A DNA stretch of 64,000 bases from a virus (taxonomy: Duplodnaviria; Caudoviricetes): positions 1-64,000 of the IMG/VR virus record IMGVR_UViG_3300020336_000004, one strand, 5' to 3'. The notes under the pieces are model-generated. The model worked only from the letters and a program-made list of their open reading frames with translations, searched no databases and was not told where the DNA came from. This document shows, piece by piece, positions 1 to 7,985 of the stretch. Position 1 is the stretch's first letter, and each line of letters opens with the position of its first letter. The position numbers and the translations under genes are program-made.

Positions 1-215
1 TTTTTAGTAACCTTAGCATGAGCTGTAACAGGATTTGCTACACTAGCTATTGCTCCTGCACTAGTTGAACCAGCTGATGCTGATTCCTCAACTGCATTGC
101 AGTTACAATGCTTACAAGTTGGAGAACATTTGCAATCTTCTCTTTTAACATCTGCCCCGCAACACTTGTCTGAACAATGCGTGTCTTTTGATTCTGTTAT
201 CTCAAAAATCTTCAT
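1..215 (-). CDS. Partial CDS (runs off left edge): CTS-like N-terminus followed by a Cys-rich, metallothionein-like segment
   Basis: Manual translation from ATG at 215 (TAATG overlap with upstream stop): MKIFEITESKDTHCSDKCCGADVKREDCKCSPTCKHCNCNAVEESASAG... Confidence 0.7.
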   Translation of the reverse strand, partial: MKIFEITESKDTHCSDKCCGADVKREDCKCSPTCKHCNCNAVEESASAGSTSAGAIASVANPVTAHAKVTK

Positions 216-2119
216 TATGATCTCCCACTTTTCATGTTAGCACACCAGTGATACATTTTAGCACGTTCACCGCTGGCTTTTTTTGCTTTTGCTCTTAGCT
301 CTGTAACACTGCCGCTACAACTTGCACCTGAACGTTTTACACGCCCTGGTCTGCTTTTACCCTTTTTTTTACCGTCTGCAAAGTTTTCTAGTATTTCTAT
401 TATCTGGTCTGGTGTGTACTTACCACTGCGTACAGCTTCTTTAGCCATTTTAGTTGCTGTTGCGTACATTACTGCTTCAGCATCTTTACCATAACGGTCT
501 TTGAAGTCATTCTTATTCTTCTTCATACCTTTGACGTATTTTTCTTTTTTGTTTTCTTCACCTTTAGTAAGTTCACGCTCCGGCAAAGGTTGTCCTGGAT
601 TTTTTTTCACAAAATCTAAATATTCTTTAATGCGGTTTTTTATATAGTTGACGCCTTCTTGCTGAGACATGTTACCTGACTTTATAGCTTTCCTTAACAA
701 AGTGTTTAATTTTTGTTTCATTTCTTCTTTTGGAAATCCGCCAATCAATCCTTTTATATATAAGTCAGCTTTTTCTTTAAAAATTTCTACAGTCATAGGT
801 TTAGCTATTGGTCTCAAATTTTCGTCTACATGTGCGTCATCACCGGTTTTGTCAGCATCTTGTGTTTTATAACCTACACGACTTAAATGTTTTTTGAGAT
901 GTTTCTTTTCTTTTTTGCCACCAAAAGGAACAACCATTACATCTGGTTCATCTCTGTTTGCACCTTTAGGCACTGCTTTTAGATTAGAAATAGTTTTACC
1001 TACTCTTAAAAAATCATATGCTGTATCTGCTTTTGTTAAGAAAGTATTTTTTGGATTTTTAAAATGATTTGCTTCTAAAAGATGGTGTAATTTATTTTTA
1101 ATTTTATACACAGGAACACATTCTACTTGTTGCATAATTGCTACATCATATCTATGGTGACCGTTAATAATGTTATTATCTTCGTCAATTACAATAGGTT
1201 TGAATTCGCCGCTTTTAAACTTAGTAAGTTTTTTATCTAATCTAGTTAAATCTCTTTCTTCTTGTACTGGAAATAATAATTTAGGATCAATAAACTCTAA
1301 TGTATAATCAAGGTCTGCAAGATCTTTTTCTCCTATTTGAGGTAATTGTTTTCTTGCATATACTTTAGTTTCTACTTTTTTAAGATTTTTTATAGTTCTC
1401 GTAAATTTGTGATCTTTGTGTTTGAATCCTATGCCGCCTGCAGATTCCCATTGATTTATGTTAACACCATAATCATCAATAAGAATATTTGGAACATCGC
1501 CATTCGTAGCATACTTTGCTTTATTAGTTGTAATAATTATATCTTCAGGTGGAAAGAAACTTAAATTTTTCTTAATCCATTCACGTTTATGTGGTTCTGA
1601 TTTAGGATCATCTGCTAAAGGACTGCTTAATATAGTGTAACTACCTTTTACCTTTTTTACTATTGATAAAAGGTTTTTTGCATTACTAGTTAATGGTAAA
1701 TTTAACCAAAAGTCATCAGTATCTCTTATTTTTTGTAGTGCAGGATTAATATCTTTTATATCAGTCCAAGACGTTTTATTCATTAACTTAGCCCACTCTC
1801 CAAAAAAGTCAGCTAATACGCCGTCCATATCTATATAAATTTTACTATCTTGATTTAATTGGCCTAAGGCTTCATTCATATCATCGTAGTATAACACATC
1901 TTTATGGGGTTTGTCAACCGATTCTGTCATCCCTAGGTTAAACAATACATTAGTACTTGAACCTTTTACCTTTTTTGATAGTGTAGGCGGCCTTCCGTCT
2001 TTGTCTACCTTAAAACCTAATTTTTTAGCTTGTTTAGTAATTTCGTTAGGACCTACATCGGCTGTAGTATTAACTCCGGGTACAATCCTTCCATATTCGT
2101 ATAACTGACGGAGGTTCAT
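215..2119 (-). CDS. Multidomain protein: HAD 5'(3')-deoxyribonucleotidase-like domain + ParB/Srx-like domain + short basic modules
   Basis: IYIDMDGVLADF (HAD motif I) and LIDDYGVNINQW; PIVIDEDNNIINGHHRY (ParB-like). Confidence 0.65.
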   Translation of the reverse strand: MNLRQLYEYGRIVPGVNTTADVGPNEITKQAKKLGFKVDKDGRPPTLSKKVKGSSTNVLFNLGMTESVDKPHKDVLYYDDMNEALGQLNQDSKIYIDMDGVLADFFGEWAKLMNKTSWTDIKDINPALQKIRDTDDFWLNLPLTSNAKNLLSIVKKVKGSYTILSSPLADDPKSEPHKREWIKKNLSFFPPEDIIITTNKAKYATNGDVPNILIDDYGVNINQWESAGGIGFKHKDHKFTRTIKNLKKVETKVYARKQLPQIGEKDLADLDYTLEFIDPKLLFPVQEERDLTRLDKKLTKFKSGEFKPIVIDEDNNIINGHHRYDVAIMQQVECVPVYKIKNKLHHLLEANHFKNPKNTFLTKADTAYDFLRVGKTISNLKAVPKGANRDEPDVMVVPFGGKKEKKHLKKHLSRVGYKTQDADKTGDDAHVDENLRPIAKPMTVEIFKEKADLYIKGLIGGFPKEEMKQKLNTLLRKAIKSGNMSQQEGVNYIKNRIKEYLDFVKKNPGQPLPERELTKGEENKKEKYVKGMKKNKNDFKDRYGKDAEAVMYATATKMAKEAVRSGKYTPDQIIEILENFADGKKKGKSRPGRVKRSGASCSGSVTELRAKAKKASGERAKMYHWCANMKSGRS

Positions 2120-2337
2120 TTTTTACGTCCTCTAAACTTTGGTGCGCCTGTCATATATGGTTTTGAAAACCATAGTTTAAACCATTCAGCATCGCCCGGT
2201 TTTAATCCTAACTTCTTTTCTTTTGCTTTAAGTTTTGTAGCTGTGATACTAGGATTTTCGTCGATCTGGTATTCTGTGTAACCTTTGAATTCGTTTACAC
2301 CAGCAAGTTTCTTAAGTTCATCAATACTTGAATACAT
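2116..2337 (-). CDS. Hypothetical phage protein
   Basis: 73-aa ORF, start/stop overlap with neighbours; ELKKLAG motif. Confidence 0.6.
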   Translation of the reverse strand: MYSSIDELKKLAGVNEFKGYTEYQIDENPSITATKLKAKEKKLGLKPGDAEWFKLWFSKPYMTGAPKFRGRKK

Positions 2338-2831
2338 TAGTTAACCTTAAAGCCTGTTTTATTGTTTGCTGATATTTTTAACTTATCACTCACTCGATAG
2401 TCTATAGTTTTGCCCTTATCCTTGTCGACACTCATACCCATGCCGCCGCTTCTAATTGATGTATTATCTCCGCTAATAAGTTTACCACTCATATCATAAG
2501 TTGCTTTTTGATCTATAGTTGCATCGCCTGATGATGTGCCAAAGTTTACTGTAACTGTTTGTTTAGCAATGTTATGTGTTTGTTGTAATCCACTTATCTT
2601 TGGTGTCATATACAACATTAATTTTCCTTTTGGTGTAAAAATATATGTTCCTGCACCACTTGCAACACTTCTATTACCTTTTGGTGTAGTACCAATTCGT
2701 GTACCATCTTCGCCTGTGCCATCTGGACCAGTAGGTGCTTGTGGAGGAGTAGGCATTTTAAGTACTTTAATCTGTTTAGGTAACGTCTGTCCTGGTGTTA
2801 CTTCTGCTTCTGTAATTTCGTATGCTTTCAT
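2337..2831 (-). CDS. Hypothetical protein, candidate capsid-internal protein
   Basis: 164 aa, N-terminus MKAYEITEAE, translationally coupled. Confidence 0.55.
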   Translation of the reverse strand: MKAYEITEAEVTPGQTLPKQIKVLKMPTPPQAPTGPDGTGEDGTRIGTTPKGNRSVASGAGTYIFTPKGKLMLYMTPKISGLQQTHNIAKQTVTVNFGTSSGDATIDQKATYDMSGKLISGDNTSIRSGGMGMSVDKDKGKTIDYRVSDKLKISANNKTGFKVN

Positions 2832-4708
2832 TTTAAACCTGCCAATACTTTCATCCTATTTAATTGTACTGATTCACTTTTGCCTTTTAATTTTACAACA
2901 TCTGGATGATCTTCTCCATCCCATTTAATTTCTTTACCTTTTTTATTGTAGTAAGTATATTTACCGTCTTTAATTTCACCGTTTGGATAAAGTAAATCAC
3001 GTGCTTCTCTTGACTGCTTTTTAAGATCTGAAGCTTTGTCTTTTAATGCTTTATATTCGGGATCGTCAGTAAAATCAAACTTGTCAGCATCAGGATTTTC
3101 TTTATCCCATTTATCCATCCATGCTTTCATTTCTACACGTCTAACTTCTTTAGCTTGTGCTTTCAGTTTCCTACTTTTATCATTGTCTACATACTTTGCA
3201 CTCCATCTTACATTTGCACCACCACCTGTAGTTTTTACAGTTGTTGTTTTAGTGTTGCCTCCGGACTTAGTTACAGTAGTTTTAGTATCGTTTTTGTTTC
3301 CTGCTAAACCATCGTAGTCGTCATCACCGTCAAGTGCTTTATCAAAATCGTCATCGTCATCGTCTGCAAAAGGATCTTTAGTCTTAATTCCAGCTTTCTT
3401 TTTGAGTTTATCTACTTTTGCTTTAAGATCACTTTTTTTATTTGACCAATCCCCAAATTTGTCTGAGTCTTTATAAAAATCGTCATCGCCACTTAATGCT
3501 TGGTCAAACTTATCGCCACCACTTTTAATTAGTTTAGCAATATCAGGATCGCTGGCAATTTTGTCTGCTTGTTCTTTATAATCTGCGGCCTTTTTCATAT
3601 ACTTTTGATCGATTGCTGTAAACTCTGGCGGATAGTCCGGATCATCTGTATCTACAGGAACACCTTTGTAGTATTTAGAGTCTGGGTCATCTAACCAAGA
3701 TTGTGTTAGTTTACGTTTTTCATCTTCTGCTTGTCGAGGCATAGACTCAATAGACTGCATCATTTTTACATAATCGTTGTATCTTCCTGATTTGTCTTTA
3801 CCAAATGTTTTTTCGTATTCAGATCTGTCTACAGATTTTCCATCTTTAGTGTATGTGCTGTCAGTATTATATGTATTGTCGCCATAATCCTTAGATGGTT
3901 GAGCAGTAGCTTGTTTCACTAAGGTAGTAAACTCTGGATCATCTTTTACTACTGCTAATAAACTATCAAGCTCTGCTTGTTCTGCAGCAGTAAGAGCTTC
4001 TCTAAGCATAACTGCAATACTACTTTTAAATTGTAAACCTTCTGTTGCATTTTTCTTTTTAAGAAGTGCTTCAATACGAGTTTTTACTTCTTGTCTAGTC
4101 ATCTGCTTACCGCTTACTGTAAACGTGTTTGATTTTGCAACTGGTTCTTTTACAACAGGTTCTTTTGCAACTGGCTCTTTTGCAACTGGCTCTTTTACAA
4201 CTGGTTCTTTTACAACTGGTTCTTTTGCAACTGGTTCTTTTGCAACTGGTTCTTTTGCAACTGGTTCTGTTTGAGTAGGCTTAACTACAGTACCTTGTTG
4301 GTTAGATTTAGCTACGCTATCAGCTGGACCATCTATACCAGCTTTTGCATTTGGATCTGTAGGTGTTGTAGTTTTAGCTACAGCAGGTTGAGCAATAGGT
4401 TTACCTGACACAGGATCTAATCCTTGTGCTGTATTAACAGCTTTCATAGTTTCAGGTCCTACTTTACCATCTACACCTATGCCTGCTGTAGTTTGAAAGT
4501 TTTTAATTGCAGTTTGTAATGTTGTAACTAACTGTGCCTGCTCAGGATTTTTCATTAATTCTGCAGCTTTAGCTCTAGTATTTGGTCCTACTATGCCATC
4601 AGGATTTAATCCTGCTGATGATTGAAAGGTTTTAATTGCTGTAATTAAACCATCAGCGTCTTGTCTTGTTGCGACTTCATGTATTTTACGTATTTCATAT
4701 ATTTTCAT
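2828..4708 (-). CDS. Protein with two N-terminal peptidoglycan-binding domains and an EPV(A/V)K repeat linker
   Basis: IKTFQSSAGLNPDGIVGPNT and IKNFQTTAGIGVDGKVGPET (PG_binding_1 pattern). Confidence 0.65.
   Translation of the reverse strand: MKIYEIRKIHEVATRQDADGLITAIKTFQSSAGLNPDGIVGPNTRAKAAELMKNPEQAQLVTTLQTAIKNFQTTAGIGVDGKVGPETMKAVNTAQGLDPVSGKPIAQPAVAKTTTPTDPNAKAGIDGPADSVAKSNQQGTVVKPTQTEPVAKEPVAKEPVAKEPVVKEPVVKEPVAKEPVAKEPVVKEPVAKSNTFTVSGKQMTRQEVKTRIEALLKKKNATEGLQFKSSIAVMLREALTAAEQAELDSLLAVVKDDPEFTTLVKQATAQPSKDYGDNTYNTDSTYTKDGKSVDRSEYEKTFGKDKSGRYNDYVKMMQSIESMPRQAEDEKRKLTQSWLDDPDSKYYKGVPVDTDDPDYPPEFTAIDQKYMKKAADYKEQADKIASDPDIAKLIKSGGDKFDQALSGDDDFYKDSDKFGDWSNKKSDLKAKVDKLKKKAGIKTKDPFADDDDDDFDKALDGDDDYDGLAGNKNDTKTTVTKSGGNTKTTTVKTTGGGANVRWSAKYVDNDKSRKLKAQAKEVRRVEMKAWMDKWDKENPDADKFDFTDDPEYKALKDKASDLKKQSREARDLLYPNGEIKDGKYTYYNKKGKEIKWDGEDHPDVVKLKGKSESVQLNRMKVLAGLK
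4133..4267 (-). repeat. Nine tandem 15-bp coding repeats (EPVAK/EPVVK)
   Basis: Unit ttttgcaactggttc and variants repeated 9 times on the + strand. Confidence 0.95.
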
Positions 4709-5799
4709 TATTTGATCGCATTTTTAATATCGGCTAATTCTTTGACAGTTTTTTCCATTATTTTGTTTATTACTCTAATGTTGTCCTGTATTTCACGAGC
4801 CAAAGCCATTCCTTCTCTATTGTCCGCTGAATAAATTTGTCTTTGTAAACTGTCTGCTCTAAACTTTAATTGTTCTTGATGTTCTAATCTTTTAGCTAAA
4901 CTTTCTAATTTTTTCGATAAAACTTCTACTTGTTTAGCATCTGCTGCACTTAAAGGTTTAGGTTTTATTAAACTTGTTTGTTTAGGTTTTGGTTTAACAT
5001 ATTTTTTTGCTAAGGATGCAATTTTGTTAATTCCTTTACTTGCCGTTACACCTACTTTGGCTAGTGCTCCTATACCAGTTAATGATAGTGGAAGCAACGC
5101 CCAGTCTAAAGGATCACTAGGGTCAAAAATTACATCAGTGACATCTCTCCAATTAAATTTTCCTTGATCAAGTTTATCTAATCTATCTTTTTCTTGCTTT
5201 TTAGTTAGAATATCTTTCATCTTACCTTCGTTGACATTCATACCTTGGCGTACCTTGTTATATAACATAGTTGAAAGTTTTTCGTTACCGGGAATAACAG
5301 TTTTAAATGCGTCAATGTCTCCGTCTGCAGCAAGTTGTCTAGCTTTACTTGCACTCATGCCTGATATGTCATCAGCATCAGGATCACGTTCTCCTGCACT
5401 TATAACATCAAATTCTTTTAATCCAAATTCAGAAACGTACTTTTGCATTTGTGCTTTAAATGCATCAATTCGATCACTACCTACAACAAGTATTGCTCTA
5501 TCATAATCTTTACCAATAGACTCTAATGCTTCAAATGGTGTGCGTACACTAGCATCTTTGTTTATATTAATTCCTGGAAATAGTTGCTCAAGAAAAAATA
5601 TTTTTTCTGGTAGTGTTAAAGGATTTTTTTTTGGATCTTGTGTTTTACCAGAGTAGACTTTATAGTCTCCTTGATATTTTTGTGCTACAGCTATAACACG
5701 ATCAATAAGTTTTTTATGACCTATTGTTGGCGGATTAAAACGCCCATAAGTAAACACCATGGTTTTAAGTTCTTGTTCTTTAAACTCTTGCCATTTCAT
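4708..5799 (-). CDS. Cytidylyltransferase/NMNAT-like nucleotidyltransferase with C-terminal extension
   Basis: FTYGRFNPPTIGH (HxGH-like), VVGSDR, SGMSASKAR; typical of marine T4-like phages. Confidence 0.8.
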   Translation of the reverse strand: MKWQEFKEQELKTMVFTYGRFNPPTIGHKKLIDRVIAVAQKYQGDYKVYSGKTQDPKKNPLTLPEKIFFLEQLFPGININKDASVRTPFEALESIGKDYDRAILVVGSDRIDAFKAQMQKYVSEFGLKEFDVISAGERDPDADDISGMSASKARQLAADGDIDAFKTVIPGNEKLSTMLYNKVRQGMNVNEGKMKDILTKKQEKDRLDKLDQGKFNWRDVTDVIFDPSDPLDWALLPLSLTGIGALAKVGVTASKGINKIASLAKKYVKPKPKQTSLIKPKPLSAADAKQVEVLSKKLESLAKRLEHQEQLKFRADSLQRQIYSADNREGMALAREIQDNIRVINKIMEKTVKELADIKNAIK

Positions 5800-6134
5800 T
5801 TATATTCTCCTTTATTAATTAAATTATTTTCTTCTGAACATACTCGATCAAATAAAGATATTCTATCTTGTTCTGTAAATAATTCTTCATTACTTAAAGG
5901 TAAATCGTATTTTGTACAATATCCTTGTACAGCCTTTTCTATCATTGGCATAAGTGTTTTTCGTGCATTAAACTTTTTTCCTGCACGTAATTTATCAGCA
6001 TATTCGCTTATAGTAGGAAAATAAATTTTACGATAGAACATAGGGTCATTACGCATGTAAGTTAAACAATCGTCAACTACATTGTAATTTAATTTATTGT
6101 CTTCTAAAGGACTTGCAAATTCTACAATTCTCAT
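5796..6134 (-). CDS. Hypothetical phage protein
   Basis: 112-aa ORF coupled to downstream gene. Confidence 0.6.
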   Translation of the reverse strand: MRIVEFASPLEDNKLNYNVVDDCLTYMRNDPMFYRKIYFPTISEYADKLRAGKKFNARKTLMPMIEKAVQGYCTKYDLPLSNEELFTEQDRISLFDRVCSEENNLINKGEYK

Positions 6135-6138
6135 ATTC

Positions 6139-6327
6139 TTAATCCTCTTTAGTTGACAAGTAATACTTTAAAAACTCTTGATGTTTGGGATGAGCTTCAG
6201 CAGCATCTGGACTTTTTAAATAGATTTTTAACCATCCTTGATAGTGCCTGTTCTTTTCCATAGGATCTTTTTCATCTTTTTTAAAAAAATCAAAAATTCC
6301 TTCGTTTGTAAGTTCTTTTATTCTCAT
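6139..6327 (-). CDS. Small hypothetical protein (probable start MRIKELTNE)
   Basis: In-frame ATG at 6327 directly after the upstream stop. Confidence 0.55.
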   Translation of the reverse strand: MRIKELTNEGIFDFFKKDEKDPMEKNRHYQGWLKIYLKSPDAAEAHPKHQEFLKYYLSTKED

Positions 6328-6328
6328 G

Positions 6329-6907
6329 TTACCACTTCCTGCAAGACCAATATCTTGCCTTATGTCTTGGACCCGGATTATCACAGTTGTGTCTAGCACG
6401 GAAGCTTCTTCTACGTGCGGCATTATTTTTTCTAATACGCATTGCTTTACCTTTTACACTGCTACCGCCGTGTCCAAAATTAACTTTAACTACATTACCC
6501 TTTGGATTTTTAACATATACCTTAAACTTCTTGACATCACCTTGCATTGGCTTGCCTAGTTTAACTTTACGTCCTTTGTATTCAGCTTCGTCAACAACAT
6601 CATCTTCGTTGTACCACATAACGCCATACTCTTCAAAAAAGTCATCATCGTCATCAAATGTAACTTCATCTATTTCTTCATCGCCACCAATATAAATATC
6701 AAAGTCTTCATATCCTTCAGAAAAAAGATAGTCTGCTAATCTGTTAGCATAGTCGCTTGATTCTGACTCGTCTAATTCCCTAGGTAATGGTATTTCAATA
6801 ACAGTTGTATCTTGTTCTGTATTGAATGTTTCGTAAAGAGGAAATGCACTCTCATCTAGTGCTTTTGTTTCTTGTTTTTCCATTACTACTGTTACAAAAT
6901 TTTCCAT
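6329..6907 (-). CDS. Phage protein with acidic N-half and basic C-terminal domain
   Basis: KKFKVYVKNPKGNVVKVNFG...SFRARHNC...ARYWSCRKW, a domain I recognise from large marine viruses. Confidence 0.65.
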   Translation of the reverse strand: MENFVTVVMEKQETKALDESAFPLYETFNTEQDTTVIEIPLPRELDESESSDYANRLADYLFSEGYEDFDIYIGGDEEIDEVTFDDDDDFFEEYGVMWYNEDDVVDEAEYKGRKVKLGKPMQGDVKKFKVYVKNPKGNVVKVNFGHGGSSVKGKAMRIRKNNAARRRSFRARHNCDNPGPRHKARYWSCRKW

Positions 6908-6916
6908 TGTTGTTCC

Positions 6917-7282
6917 TTAATGATTTAGCAATACACTATTCACAGTACCGTCTGTCCAGTTGCTAATATAAGCTCTTATCCATACATAATTACCTGTAAA
7001 ATTAAATATATGTGTGCCTGTATTATATTGTCCGCTGTCGTCGGTGCTTGTTAAATTAGTTCCACTAATAGTAAACCAGTCAGCATCAACAGGATTAATA
7101 GCAAGAGTTGCTTGTATATCTATTGCACCTTGAAACCCTGTTACAGCATATTGTACACTATGGAAACCGTCACTACGTCCGTAGTACCCGTCACCTTTAA
7201 ATTTTTCACCTGTGTGGGTTTGTACAGTGCTATCCCCTACATGCGTTTGATTTGATATTATTGTTTCACTATTACTTGGCAT
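6917..7282 (-). CDS. Hypothetical protein, possibly virion-associated
   Basis: 121 aa, beta-rich, directly behind a late-promoter motif. Confidence 0.6.
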   Translation of the reverse strand: MPSNSETIISNQTHVGDSTVQTHTGEKFKGDGYYGRSDGFHSVQYAVTGFQGAIDIQATLAINPVDADWFTISGTNLTSTDDSGQYNTGTHIFNFTGNYVWIRAYISNWTDGTVNSVLLNH

Positions 7283-7286
7283 ACTG

Positions 7287-7985
7287 TTATTTATCTATAT
7301 TATTCTTATGAACGATTTTATCTATCCTTCGAATATTATGACCGCACTGCAAATGGCATAGTGTTAAGATTTTTGAAGTTTTAGCAAAAAAGTAAGCCCC
7401 ATTTATGTACCCTTGATTTCTAATAGAGTTGGCAGTCTTCTGGCCTATTTTAATTTTATCAGGATTATCTAGTGCCCAGGTTATAAAGTTAATATCAGGA
7501 GTAGTTTTTAGTGTTACTTTGTATTTGTAATCTACAGGAGTTGAACTAATTATAGTATTTGAATTATTTTTTAAAAACGATATGTATTCATTGTCTGGTT
7601 CCCATAATTCAGACCTACATTTTTCAGGTACTTTTTTAATACAATCGTGTAAAAACTTTTGATCATTTGTAAAAATTGATAGTTCTCGATTTTCTATGCG
7701 TAAAGTATAGTCTACTTTTTTAGTAAACATACCTAATAACTTTCTAGCACATAAAAAATCTAACTCAGGAACTGGGTCAAGTTGAAATCGCCATGAATTA
7801 TCCGAACGTTGCATTGGTAACTTAGCATTGTATTGCAAAGATAGAGTATCTAATTGCTTTTTTGCATAGTTAAAATTTTTGTTGCGAAATATGTGTCCAA
7901 TTTCGTTTCGAAAAACAAACTTGAACATGTACTTGTCCCAAAATAATTTATTCGTTGTGTACTTCAACAATCTTTTTCTCCTCAC
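7287..7985 (-). CDS. Hypothetical phage protein
   Basis: 232-aa ORF. Confidence 0.6.
   Translation of the reverse strand: MRRKRLLKYTTNKLFWDKYMFKFVFRNEIGHIFRNKNFNYAKKQLDTLSLQYNAKLPMQRSDNSWRFQLDPVPELDFLCARKLLGMFTKKVDYTLRIENRELSIFTNDQKFLHDCIKKVPEKCRSELWEPDNEYISFLKNNSNTIISSTPVDYKYKVTLKTTPDINFITWALDNPDKIKIGQKTANSIRNQGYINGAYFFAKTSKILTLCHLQCGHNIRRIDKIVHKNNIDK
7288..7295 (-). promoter_or_regulatory. T4-like late promoter (GATAAATA), 5 nt from ATG
   Basis: Variant of gp55-type TATAAATA, recurrent in intergenic positions. Confidence 0.6.

Noticed and set aside
4133-4267. Possible CRISPR array
   Set aside because: Units are contiguous, in-frame 15-mers with no spacers.
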